The translations under genes and the position numbers were made by a program. From a candidate division WOR-3 bacterium (GTDB lineage: Bacteria; Hydrothermota; Tepidihabitantia; SM23-42; JAOAFX01), in the NCBI GenBank assembly GCA_039802265.1, contig JBDRWI010000008.1, positions 1 through 50,768 on the forward strand: a stretch of DNA of 50,768 nucleotides, given 5' to 3'. Position 1 is the first letter of the stretch. Each line of letters begins with the position of its first letter. Of the stretch, positions 1 through 9,838 are shown piece after piece. The notes below the pieces were generated by a model that saw only the letters and a program-made list of their open reading frames with translations, was not told the origin of the DNA and did not search any database.

Positions 1-320
1 CTTAACTTTGTATGTTCAAAGTCCCCCTTCAATACACCATCCAGACCTTCAACAGGTCTTCCTAATTTGCCACTTTTAATCAATTTAGATGGATAAACAC
101 TCAATTTTTTCCAATCTTTACCAGTAACATCTTTATATGCCAGAAATATCAATCCCATACAATCCAACTTCTCCTTAGACCTTCCTTCCCAGACAAATGG
201 CACACCAAGATATTTCTTCGCCGCCTCAAAAAACTTATCGCCAATTGTTTTATTGAGTGAATCAACATCCACTTGAGCAATGAGCAAGGTGCAGATGCCA
301 ATTACCAACACTAAAAGCAT
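1..320 (-). CDS. NlpC/P60 (C40) family peptidase, runs off the window start (3' end truncated)
   Basis: Not in the ORF track. Manual translation from ATG at 320: MLLVLVIGICTLLIAQVDVDSLNKTIGDKFFEAAKKYLGVPFVWEGRSKEKLDCMGLIFLAY. Signal-like N-terminus plus the NlpC/P60 YLGxPxxWxG...LDCxGL motif containing the catalytic Cys. Confidence 0.85.
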   Translation of the reverse strand, partial: MLLVLVIGICTLLIAQVDVDSLNKTIGDKFFEAAKKYLGVPFVWEGRSKEKLDCMGLIFLAYKDVTGKDWKKLSVYPSKLIKSGKLGRPVEGLDGVLKGDFEHTKL

Positions 321-325
321 CTGTG

Positions 326-343
326 CATAAATGCGAATTTGTG
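326..343. promoter_or_regulatory. Palindromic operator copy 1 (CATAAAT-GCGA-ATTTGTG)
   Basis: Near-identical to the copies at 670-689 and 762-780; lies just upstream of the NlpC/P60 start codon. Confidence 0.6.
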
Positions 344-358
344 AAGTAGTAAAAATAA

Positions 359-643
359 TTAACCCCCGGCTTTCTTTTTCTTAATCAATGCAATCAGTGC
401 AGCATTATACGGTCTATTTTTATCTCTGTTTAATGAATAGTAAACCTGGACATTTATCCGTTCACCTTTAATCAAATCTTCTCGTTCAAGAATTTTCAAG
501 TTTCTACACGCCGTTGCCCGAGGAATATTTAATATCTCAGAAAAATCATCCGCAGTCAATGCCTTCTTATCTAATAAGATTTCAATCATCCTAAGCCTGG
601 TCTTATTGGCCAATGCCTTAAATAATTTTAGTAAAAGATTCAT
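359..643 (-). CDS. ArsR/SmtB family transcriptional regulator
   Basis: 94 aa; FKALANKTRLRMIEIL...TACRNLKILE...VYYSLN matches the ArsR winged-HTH pattern. Confidence 0.9.
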   Translation of the reverse strand: MNLLLKLFKALANKTRLRMIEILLDKKALTADDFSEILNIPRATACRNLKILEREDLIKGERINVQVYYSLNRDKNRPYNAALIALIKKKKAGG

Positions 644-669
644 TTCTCACCTAACCTTTCAATACCTGT

Positions 670-689
670 CCACAAATGCGAATTTGTGG
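670..689. promoter_or_regulatory. Palindromic operator copy 2 (CCACAAAT-GCGA-ATTTGTGG)
   Basis: Perfect 8-4-8 inverted repeat between the predicted arsR promoter and its start codon. Confidence 0.7.
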
Positions 690-721
690 TTTGTCAATCT
701 TCAGTTTGAAAGCTATTATGA

Positions 722-749
722 ATTATATTTAAAACCATAGAAAAATCAA
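722..749 (-). promoter_or_regulatory. Sigma70-type promoter for arsR-nlpC
   Basis: TTGATT-16 nt-TATAAT on the minus strand. Confidence 0.65.
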
Positions 750-761
750 GGAGTAATTGTG

Positions 762-780
762 CAAAAATGCGAATTTGTGG
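762..780. promoter_or_regulatory. Palindromic operator copy 3 (CAAAAAT-GCGA-ATTTGTGG)
   Basis: Third copy of the AAATGCGAATTTGTG core, just upstream of the -35 box. Confidence 0.6.
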
Positions 781-784
781 AATA

Positions 785-975
785 GTCATTCGTTACCGCT
801 CAATATTACGGAATTCTTCGTCCAATAAAAATCTGCTACTCTGCTTGGGAGATGGCGAACTCAGAATGACACAATTGAATACAAAACATCCAATGTAATA
901 GTTTATCGGCTGTGTCTTAATCATATTATGTTATGTCAATCCCGAAATAAATTCAAACCGGGGTTCAGCATGACA
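785..975. repeat. Degenerate REP-like elements (GTCATTC...GAATGAC; TGTCA...TTCAGCATGACA)
   Basis: Short terminal inverted repeats at 785-791/864-870 and 934-938/971-975 in an intergenic region. Confidence 0.35.
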
Positions 976-1052
976 GGAACTACGGCTTTTGGAATTTGAA
1001 GAGTTTAATTCTAATCGAAGATTAAAAAGGAAATTGGTCAGAAACCCGATAG

Positions 1053-1080
1053 TTGATTTCAACCTAAATATTAATATAAT
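1053..1080 (+). promoter_or_regulatory. Sigma70-type promoter upstream of the LVIVD protein gene
   Basis: TTGATT-16 nt-TATAAT. Confidence 0.6.
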
Positions 1081-1200
1081 TATTATGCTTGGTTTGAAAC
1101 ACGGAATAAGTTACAAACAAGTGAGATGTCTGGTCTTAGTCTGCTTATGAGTAGAAAGATAATAAGAACCAAAAGAAGTCTATTAACAAGGGGGTCGAAA

Positions 1201-3387
1201 ATGAATTCTACTTTTTTTAATTCATCAAAGTTGTTATTATTGATACTATTCATTCTCTGCGTTCCACTTATGCGTTACGCCCGACCGGAGAATTATGTTT
1301 TTAAGGGAATAAGTGATACAAAAGGAAGGGCTGGCTTTGATTCGCTCAATACCCGATTTGTAGGCAATTGGCCTTTTGGAGTTACATATTCAGTAGTCCA
1401 TGATAGCACGAGGTCTCTTGTTTTTGTTGGTTCGGGTGGTGGTGTTTATATCCTGAATGTCTCAGACCCCACAAATCCGATTAAAGTTTCTGAATTCCGC
1501 ACCAGGGGAATTGTCTACGGTCTGTTTTATGTTTCTTCAGAATATAAACTCTATGTTGCCGATGGCCAAGGTGGACTTGAGATATGGAATATTAATGATG
1601 CATCAAATCCTGTTAAGTTAGGTTATTACTTCACTTCAGATGAAGCTAATGATGTTTGTGTTGTGGGTAGTTACGCCTATGTCGCAGATTACAATGGTGG
1701 ATTGCGGATAATTAATGTCTCAAACCCTAATGCTCCTTTTGAAGTCGGCTATTATGACACTCCAGGACAGGCTCTGGGGTTATCCATTGCGGGTAATTAT
1801 GCCTATGTTGCCGATGGGACTTTTGGTTTGTGTATAATAAATATCTCAGATCCTGCCAATCCTTATTTTGTAAGTAATTGTTTCACAGGTCAGAATCGTA
1901 ATGTCTATGTTTCAGGTAATTATGCCTATGTAGCAGCAACAATGATCGGCTTGCGTATTGTTGATATTTCAGACCCTTCAAATCCTTATATTGCGGGAAC
2001 CTACGACACTCCATATTATGTTTTTGACGTCTATGTCAAGGATAATTATGCATATATTGCAGACTACTCGTGGTATTTCCGCATCATAGATGTTTCTGAC
2101 CCAACCAATCCATATCAGGTGGGTGCCATACTTTCTTATTCTGCATATGGTGTTGATATCTGCGGCTCATATGCCTATGTTGCTGCAAATCGTCGCGGAC
2201 TATATATCATAAATATCTCAAATCCTTCATCACCTTCTCAACTGGGCAGTTACAAAAATGTAGGTGAGACTTATAATGTCTTTGTTGCCGGTTCGTATTG
2301 TTATATGGCAAGTTATTACAGTGGATTGCATATTATTAATATCTCAGACCCCTCTGCCTCTTTTGAAGTGGCAAACTTTGCTACTGGTCCTTGGCCTAAC
2401 CTCGTGGATGTCTACGTTTCTGGGGATTATGCATATCTTGGAGGTGATGATTTCTGGATACTCAATATCTCAGACCCTTCAAACCCCTATCAACAGGGAT
2501 TTTGTTCCGTTCCTTTCGGCGTCATAAGCCTCTATGTTTATGGCAACTATGCGTATGCCGGGGATGAAGGATATTTTTGCATCATCAATATCTCCAATCC
2601 ATCAAATCCTTATCTATTGAGTAGTTATCCTATCTCCGGCATTTACCCTTGGGGAATCTGGGTTTCTGGTGATTATGCCTATGTTCCTGATAATGATACC
2701 ATTTTGTATGTTATAAATGTTTCAAACCCAGCAAATCCATATATCGTCACCCAATATATTACCAATCCATTTAATCGCACGGTTTTTGTTCAGGGTAATT
2801 ATCTCTATCTTGCTAATTATTTTGATGGTTTGCGGATACTTGATATCTCAGACCCTGTAAATCCTGTGGAAGTTGGTTATTGTGATACACCAGGGTATGC
2901 CAATGATGTTTTTGTTTTAGACACACTTGCCTTTGTTGCAGATGGTTACTCAGGTCTAAGAATAATCAATGTCTCAAATCCATATCTTCCTTATGAAGTT
3001 GGGTATTATGATACCCCCGGCTGGGCAAATAGTGTCTGTGTTTCCGATGATTATATTTATGTATCAGATAACACCAACGGCTTGCAAATTTATCAATACT
3101 TTACCGAGCAGCCTGTTAGCGAAAATCGCGTTAGAAGCAATTTCACTTTAAATCTATTGCAGAATCCAGTAAAGGATAATATCATTTTATCGTTCGGTTC
3201 TCCACTCCCGAAGCCGATTTCTTTATCCCTCTACAATGTTCTCGGACAGAAAATGAAAATTTACAAGATAGAAAAGAATGTGACCGTGAAAAGCCTGCCA
3301 ATAAATGGACTCCCTGATGGAATTTATTTTCTGCAGACCGATGATGATTTATTCAAAAGACCGATAAAGATTGTAGTTATAAAATAG
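1201..3387 (+). CDS. Secreted LVIVD-repeat beta-propeller protein with T9SS type A-like C-terminal sorting domain
   Basis: Many ~42-aa repeats of the form VxVxGNYAYVAD...GLRIINISDPxNP. Signal peptide follows M at 1201, which has AAGGGGG upstream. C-terminus NP...LYNVLGQ...LPDGIYFL...KIVVIK. The ORF track starts at 1126. Confidence 0.85.
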   Translation: MNSTFFNSSKLLLLILFILCVPLMRYARPENYVFKGISDTKGRAGFDSLNTRFVGNWPFGVTYSVVHDSTRSLVFVGSGGGVYILNVSDPTNPIKVSEFRTRGIVYGLFYVSSEYKLYVADGQGGLEIWNINDASNPVKLGYYFTSDEANDVCVVGSYAYVADYNGGLRIINVSNPNAPFEVGYYDTPGQALGLSIAGNYAYVADGTFGLCIINISDPANPYFVSNCFTGQNRNVYVSGNYAYVAATMIGLRIVDISDPSNPYIAGTYDTPYYVFDVYVKDNYAYIADYSWYFRIIDVSDPTNPYQVGAILSYSAYGVDICGSYAYVAANRRGLYIINISNPSSPSQLGSYKNVGETYNVFVAGSYCYMASYYSGLHIINISDPSASFEVANFATGPWPNLVDVYVSGDYAYLGGDDFWILNISDPSNPYQQGFCSVPFGVISLYVYGNYAYAGDEGYFCIINISNPSNPYLLSSYPISGIYPWGIWVSGDYAYVPDNDTILYVINVSNPANPYIVTQYITNPFNRTVFVQGNYLYLANYFDGLRILDISDPVNPVEVGYCDTPGYANDVFVLDTLAFVADGYSGLRIINVSNPYLPYEVGYYDTPGWANSVCVSDDYIYVSDNTNGLQIYQYFTEQPVSENRVRSNFTLNLLQNPVKDNIILSFGSPLPKPISLSLYNVLGQKMKIYKIEKNVTVKSLPINGLPDGIYFLQTDDDLFKRPIKIVVIK

Positions 3388-3410
3388 TAGTTTCTTTTGT
3401 CGTAGTACTG

Positions 3411-4145
3411 CTATTTTAAAAATTTCAAAGAATTCAGTGTCACACCCGATAGATGATAAGAAATGTAATCTACAATAAATTTCTCGAGTTCATTTAAAAT
3501 ATTGGAATTTATCTCCGGTTTTCTTTCTTTGTAAACTTGATCTGCCACCTTTAACACTGCGCGTGAAAGAAACACTACTGTATCATCAAAGTCCTTTTCA
3601 CATATAATACCACCAGCCCCAAAACTGAATCCAATCCTATCACCCATATAAACTTCTTTATGACATCTAACACAATCCTTCAGGTGTGGTGCCACACCGA
3701 TTAATTTGAGCGCCTTCAACAAGTATTGAAGAGTCAAAGACCTGATGTGTGACTCGCTATCTTTTTGGACTTCTCTGACAAATGATAGAAGTAAATTATA
3801 GACATTTCTATCGCTTTCTTCCGGTGACATACTCTTTTCAAAGAACTCACACAATACCTCACAGGCATTAAACTTTAATATCTCCGACCGAATAGAAGCA
3901 AAATTTTCTATTACCACTGCATCAGCAAGGGTATATAGTTCTTTAAATTCCTTTTTATAAAAGACAATTTCATTATGTGAAAAGGGCTCAAGGGTCCCAC
4001 AGAATTTACTCTTTGGTCGCCTGGCACCCTTTGCCAGAAGTTTTATCTTACCGAACTTTTCAGTAAAGAAAGAACAGATCAGACTTGATTCCTTAAAGGG
4101 GAATGTCCTTAACACGATTCCCCTGGTTTTCTGAATATCAGCCAT
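3411..4145 (-). CDS. recO: DNA repair protein RecO
   Basis: TRGIVLR...ESSLI...FTEKFGKI..LAKGARRPKSK...LEPF N-terminal OB fold; CVRC zinc-finger half. Confidence 0.95.
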   Translation of the reverse strand: MADIQKTRGIVLRTFPFKESSLICSFFTEKFGKIKLLAKGARRPKSKFCGTLEPFSHNEIVFYKKEFKELYTLADAVVIENFASIRSEILKFNACEVLCEFFEKSMSPEESDRNVYNLLLSFVREVQKDSESHIRSLTLQYLLKALKLIGVAPHLKDCVRCHKEVYMGDRIGFSFGAGGIICEKDFDDTVVFLSRAVLKVADQVYKERKPEINSNILNELEKFIVDYISYHLSGVTLNSLKFLK

Positions 4146-4150
4146 AATTT

Positions 4151-4178
4151 ATTATAATTCACAATCTTTCCGAGTCAA
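4151..4178 (-). promoter_or_regulatory. Leaderless-type promoter of recO
   Basis: TTGACT-16 nt-TATAAT-5 nt-ATG, no SD. Confidence 0.8.
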
Positions 4179-4226
4179 GTTGTATCTAAAGATTTACCTT
4201 GTGAATGATTGAATGAGTAAATCTGA

Positions 4227-4336
4227 ACCTCTACCTCTTCATCCTCGATGAGATTTTCAATTCCCTCGGGTTAAGGTGAGGTAAAAAAACGAAATAAATA
4301 CTCTCCCTATTATCCCTTCCCCTCAAGGGAGGGATA
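4227..4336. repeat. Pair of REP-like palindromes (ACCTCTACC...GGTGAGGT; TATCCCTTCCC-CTCAA-GGGAGGGATA)
   Basis: Similar to elements at 6460-6505, 13675-13697, 13916-13952 and 32354-32408. Confidence 0.55.
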
Positions 4337-4436
4337 TATTCATTACACCGTTTATCTTTAAGAACCAGCATTTGAGATTATGATAAAAGTGGGCTGACTC
4401 ACCTGCAAACGGTTTAAATCCAATAAAACCGAGGCA

Positions 4437-4464
4437 TTGACTCGGCAAGAAAATCGGGTATAAT
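4437..4464 (+). promoter_or_regulatory. Leaderless-type promoter of lepB
   Basis: TTGACT-16 nt-TATAAT-5 nt-ATG(4470). Confidence 0.8.
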
Positions 4465-4469
4465 CTCTT

Positions 4470-5174
4470 ATGATTGAAAAGATTAAAAGAGAGATATATT
4501 CCTGGACGATTGTAATTATAGTGGTCTTGATATTAAGGGCAATCTTTGTTGAGGCATATGTTATACCCACTGGCTCAATGGAAAAGACCCTGCTCATTGG
4601 TGATGCCCTTTTAGTCAATCGCTTTATTTACGGAGTTAAATTTCCCTACACCCAGATTCCAATAATACCCGGAAGGATGCCCCAGAGGGGAGAGATCATT
4701 GTCTTCAAATATCCCTTTGAGAATCGCGATTTTGTAAAGAGGTGTGTAGCACTGGAAGGGGACACCGTTCAGATAATTGACAAGGTCCTTTATGTAAATG
4801 GGAAGAAAGTTGACGAACCGTACAAGATTCATCGGGACCCAAGAATTATCCCCGGATTTACCGGCGAGAATAACCCCAATTATCAAGCAAACTGGGAGAA
4901 GGCAAAATTCGCTGATATTTATGGAATCTATGTCCGGGATAATTTTGGTCCGGTTGTTGTACCCCGAGACTGTGTCTTTGCAATGGGAGACAATCGGGAT
5001 AATTCTATGGATTCAAGATTCTGGGGGCCACTCCATAAGAGATTCTTAAAGGGTAAACCCTTATTCATATACTTCTCTTTTGACCCTGGTGGCGAGGCGT
5101 CAAGCCTCTTTGATATATTAAAATTCTGGCGTTGGAAGGCAATTAGATTGGGAAGGATTGGAAAGATAATTTAG
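4470..5174 (+). CDS. lepB: Signal peptidase I
   Basis: IPTGSMEKTLLIGD (catalytic Ser), DFVKRC (catalytic Lys) and GDNRDNSMDSRFWG boxes. Confidence 0.97.
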   Translation: MIEKIKREIYSWTIVIIVVLILRAIFVEAYVIPTGSMEKTLLIGDALLVNRFIYGVKFPYTQIPIIPGRMPQRGEIIVFKYPFENRDFVKRCVALEGDTVQIIDKVLYVNGKKVDEPYKIHRDPRIIPGFTGENNPNYQANWEKAKFADIYGIYVRDNFGPVVVPRDCVFAMGDNRDNSMDSRFWGPLHKRFLKGKPLFIYFSFDPGGEASSLFDILKFWRWKAIRLGRIGKII

Positions 5175-5242
5175 AGTATCAGGGTATCAGATTATTAGGA
5201 TATCTGTGAACAATTAAGGAAGTATGGGCAAGGGAAACCATT

Positions 5243-5953
5243 ATGCTAATCATTATTGAACCCGACTTAAAGATAAGAAAAAAGCTTTGTGATTTACTAA
5301 CCAAGGAGCGGATAATTGGTGTTGATACAATACCCGACGCAATAGAAAAAATCTGTTATTTTCGTAGGGAAATTGACCTTGTAATTGCCCATATTAACTT
5401 CTTCGTTGAGATTGTAAATAAGAAAATTATTGACAAAATCTGCGCTAAATTGTATATAAAAAATATTCCTCTTGCGGGCTACTTTCTAAAAGGCGAAGGA
5501 GATATCCTTGGTAAGCTACCCGGCGACATAAGCAAACTGCCAATAATTGAATATGACGAGACCGATGAAAATTTTCCATTTAGATTTATTCGTCTGCTCA
5601 AAGATCTATATCCCCGGTTAAATTACGAAATAGAAAAGGTAAAAGAGAATTGGCTAAAGAAGAAGATTGAAAAACAGGAATCATTGGTTGACATCAGAAA
5701 ATGGCTTTTAGAAGAGGGATTTATTGGGGGCATTGAGAAAAAAGAAGAGAAGAAAGAAATTACATTGGAACAGGCGCTTACTGAACTTAATGTGCTACTT
5801 AAGGAACTTGAAGTAAAGCCAAAATCAACAGAAGAAATTGACTACAAAAAGCTATACTTTGAAATGAAAGAGAAGTATGAACAACTTTTAAAATATGTGG
5901 AGGAGCTCAGAAAATTGGTAGGAGACTCAGCGGCGGAGAAGCAGATTAAGTAA
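5243..5953 (+). CDS. Hypothetical protein: degenerate receiver-like N-terminal domain plus C-terminal coiled coil
   Basis: MLIIIEPD..IRKKLCDLL...IDLVIAH resembles REC beta1/alpha1/beta3; Glu/Lys-rich helical C-terminus. Confidence 0.6.
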   Translation: MLIIIEPDLKIRKKLCDLLTKERIIGVDTIPDAIEKICYFRREIDLVIAHINFFVEIVNKKIIDKICAKLYIKNIPLAGYFLKGEGDILGKLPGDISKLPIIEYDETDENFPFRFIRLLKDLYPRLNYEIEKVKENWLKKKIEKQESLVDIRKWLLEEGFIGGIEKKEEKKEITLEQALTELNVLLKELEVKPKSTEEIDYKKLYFEMKEKYEQLLKYVEELRKLVGDSAAEKQIK

Positions 5954-6139
5954 AAGGGTTAAAAAAAGCGAAATGATAATACTTGTTGCCACCGGGAAAT
6001 AAAAGGTAAAAGAATCCTTTTTTATCAGAATATCACCGGGCAGTTTAAAAATTGAAATCCTGGGGAAAATTAAAAATAAGATTCCAAAAAGGATAAATAT
6101 TAGGCCAACTACTATAAAAAATTTAGCCAAACTCTGCAT
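5927..6139 (-). CDS. DUF2905 family small membrane protein
   Basis: FKLPGDILIKKDSFTFYFPVATSIIISL pattern with two TM segments. Confidence 0.85.
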   Translation of the reverse strand: MQSLAKFFIVVGLIFILFGILFLIFPRISIFKLPGDILIKKDSFTFYFPVATSIIISLFLTLLLNLLLRR

Positions 6140-6166
6140 AATTATACCGGATAATGCAAAAATGAG

Positions 6167-6451
6167 TTATGATTTATCAGAGTTAGAACCGCCTTTTCTA
6201 TTTTGTGCCTTAAGGGCTAATCTTTCTTCTGGTTTCGTTAATTCCTTCTTCTCTTCTTTGGGCAGACTCTGTTTTTTATAATCCGTGATATAAAAACCAC
6301 TACCCTTAAAGATTAAGCCGATACCCCCGGAAATTAAACGTCTTGCCTTACCACCACATTTAGGACATACTGCAACCGGTAGGTCGGTTATTTTCTGAAA
6401 TTCTTCAAAGTGGAACTGACAATTAGAACATTCATATTCGTAGGTAGGCAT
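6167..6451 (-). CDS. FmdB family zinc-ribbon protein
   Basis: MPTYEYECSNC...CPKCGG...FKGSGFYITDY signature. Confidence 0.93.
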   Translation of the reverse strand: MPTYEYECSNCQFHFEEFQKITDLPVAVCPKCGGKARRLISGGIGLIFKGSGFYITDYKKQSLPKEEKKELTKPEERLALKAQNRKGGSNSDKS

Positions 6452-6459
6452 AATTTTAC

Positions 6460-6505
6460 CACCCTCCCTTAATCCCTCCCCCTTGATACAGGGGGAGGGA
6501 AGGGT
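6460..6505. repeat. REP-like hairpin TCCCTCCCCCT-TGATAC-AGGGGGAGGGA downstream of groEL
   Basis: Perfect 11-bp stem at 6473-6500; same family as 13916-13952. Confidence 0.7.
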
Positions 6506-6514
6506 TTGGGTTAA

Positions 6515-8143
<1,629 letters not shown>

Positions 8144-8154
8144 TCACTCCTTTT

Positions 8155-8448
8155 TTACTTCTCCTTCTGAACAATTCCCAAGACATCATCTTCGCGGATA
8201 ATCAGATATTCCTTATCTTCTATCTTTACCTCAGTTCCGGCATACTTCCCGAAGAGAATAATATCCCCCTTCTTGACATCCAGCGGAATCCGATTACCTT
8301 TTTCATCCTTCTTTCCATCCCCGACCTCTATTACCTTACCCTGTTGAGGTTTTTCCTTTGCCGTGTCAGGGATGATTATACCGCCTTTCTTTACCTCTTC
8401 TTCAATTCTTTCCACAAGAATATGATCATGAAGCGGTTTTATTTTCAT
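8155..8448 (-). CDS. groS: Co-chaperonin GroES
   Basis: KIKPLHD...[24 protein letters not shown] upstream. Confidence 0.99.
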   Translation of the reverse strand: MKIKPLHDHILVERIEEEVKKGGIIIPDTAKEKPQQGKVIEVGDGKKDEKGNRIPLDVKKGDIILFGKYAGTEVKIEDKEYLIIREDDVLGIVQKEK

Positions 8449-8515
8449 ATAACCTCCTTTTTGCTATCCAAAGCCACAGAAAAGACGGTTAATAACGCGT
8501 GTAAATGTATTTAGA

Positions 8516-8589
8516 TGGGCGAAACCCGACTTGAACGGGTGACCTTCTGCTTGTAAGGCAGACGCTCTCGCCATCTGAGCTATTCGCCC
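8516..8589 (-). tRNA. tRNA-Val(TAC), CCA not encoded
   Basis: Reverse complement GGGCGAATAGCTCAGATGGCGAGAGCGTCTGCCTTACAAGCAGAAGGTCACCCGTTCAAGTCGGGTTTCGCCCA folds as a cloverleaf with anticodon TAC. Confidence 0.96.
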
Positions 8590-8601
8590 TTTAGACAAAA
8601 G

Positions 8602-8660
8602 ATTATATCCAAAAGTTTAGCAAAGTCAATATTTGACTTTTTTAAAAAATCGAGTATAAT
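8602..8660. promoter_or_regulatory. Back-to-back sigma70-type promoters (tRNA-Val/groESL leftward; ncRNA rightward)
   Basis: Minus strand: TTGACT(8624-8629)-16-TATAAT(8602-8607). Plus strand: TTGACT(8633-8638)-16-TATAAT(8655-8660). Confidence 0.8.
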
Positions 8661-8665
8661 TAGAT

Positions 8666-8753
8666 GGCTCTGTTAGAACCTCTGTATCCGTAGTTAAATA
8701 CCCGTACTCCCTCCTACGGGTTTAAAGATACAGATGAGTAATCTAACAGGGCC
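8666..8753 (+). ncRNA. Putative structured small RNA, family unassigned
   Basis: Nested stems GGCTCTGTTAGA/TCTAACAGGGCC (12 bp, one G-U), TCTGTATC/GATACAGA (8 bp) and ACCCGTA/TACGGGT (7 bp), apical loop CTCCCTCC. Starts 5 nt after a consensus -10 box; no ORF follows on this strand. Confidence 0.7.
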
Positions 8754-8866
8754 CCATAATTTTATTGAGTCAGAGTGATTAAATCATGGATTAAACGGAT
8801 AAAAAGCACAAACCTCAAGGCACGCCCTCAAAAACGACTATTTAACTTCAAAAATTTCTAAACGAA

Positions 8867-9487
8867 TTATTTGAGTCCTTGAATTGTTATGTATAGATTT
8901 ACGACACTGACACTAAGGGTAACAAACTGGAGGACCGCCCCCCAGTTTATTGAAAATTTTCTGCCGATATATATCCAATCCCCGGCCTTTAATTCAAAAT
9001 TTTCTTCGTCTCTCCCCTTTTTCAGAATCTCACCCAGATTCACAACAAAGACCTTAACACCCTCACTTGTATTACGCACAACCTTTACATTTTTTAAATT
9101 AGCCCTCTCATTCGGACCACCGGCAAGCGCCACATAATCACTGATACGGAGCCCGCGTTGATATTCAACAGTTCCCGGACGAACCACCTCACCATAAACT
9201 GCCACCGTGGAAACCGTGGGCCCCTTGAGGATTACCGAGACCAGAGGGCGAACAAAATATTTCCTCAAACGGTCAGCAATTGTATCGGCAACCTGGGCAG
9301 TGGTTAGACCGGCAACATTAATATCGCCAATCAGGGGAAATGTGATATTTCCGTTATGCATAACAAGTAAGTCGCGGGAGAGTTCCTCTTCGCCCAGTAT
9401 TACTATCTCCAGAACATCACCGGGTTCAATGTGATAGTCTGTGGAATCTGTGCAAATAAGTAAAAAGATAATAGCCAGGGAAATCAT
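8867..9487 (-). CDS. Polysaccharide export (Poly_export + SLBB) Wza-like protein
   Basis: DYHIEPGDVLEI...GNITFPLIGDINVAGLT; VYGEVVRPG...ALAGG; C-terminal hydrophobic helix. Confidence 0.88.
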   Translation of the reverse strand: MISLAIIFLLICTDSTDYHIEPGDVLEIVILGEEELSRDLLVMHNGNITFPLIGDINVAGLTTAQVADTIADRLRKYFVRPLVSVILKGPTVSTVAVYGEVVRPGTVEYQRGLRISDYVALAGGPNERANLKNVKVVRNTSEGVKVFVVNLGEILKKGRDEENFELKAGDWIYIGRKFSINWGAVLQFVTLSVSVVNLYITIQGLK

Positions 9488-9492
9488 AGTAG

Positions 9493-9520
9493 ATTATACA
9501 CATAATCAATGGTTTGTCAA
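9493..9520 (-). promoter_or_regulatory. Leaderless-type promoter of the Wza-like gene
   Basis: TTGACA-16 nt-TATAAT-5 nt-ATG(9487). Confidence 0.8.
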
Positions 9521-9838
9521 GACCACGATTTAAATGTAGTCTATGTACCAGTACGATGCAAAAAATTTATGTGGAATCAAAGACAATCGGTGCTTGGCGG
9601 CGAGATAATCTTTTGCCGAATCGGACTGTTAAAGTACCAGCGGATGCATCAAAATCCCTTTATGCAACCTAAAAATTAAGAATCATCCCAGGACTCCAAT
9701 TTCCTAATGGAGGCTACTCTAAAGTTACTTCACTCAGAATATCGCACAATGCCAAAAAGAAGAACCAGCCTGTTCGATTTTTCATTTCTAAGAAATGGCT
9801 TTGAGCGAAGTTTAGCAAAATATGGCACCCGGGGAGTT

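Noticed and set aside
1201..3100. Periodic ~126-bp DNA similarity suggesting an array
   Set aside because: Explained by in-frame LVIVD protein repeats; no identical repeats with unique spacers, so not CRISPR.
5174..5206. 8-nt periodic run GAGTATCA GGGTATCA GATTATTA GGATATCT
   Set aside because: Too short and degenerate to assign; possibly a flank remnant of the kind seen at 28.2 kb.
8666..8756. Interpretation of the hairpin as SRP RNA, tRNA or a simple terminator
   Set aside because: No SRP domain IV motif, no D or T arms, and no U-tract directly after the stem; it has its own promoter.
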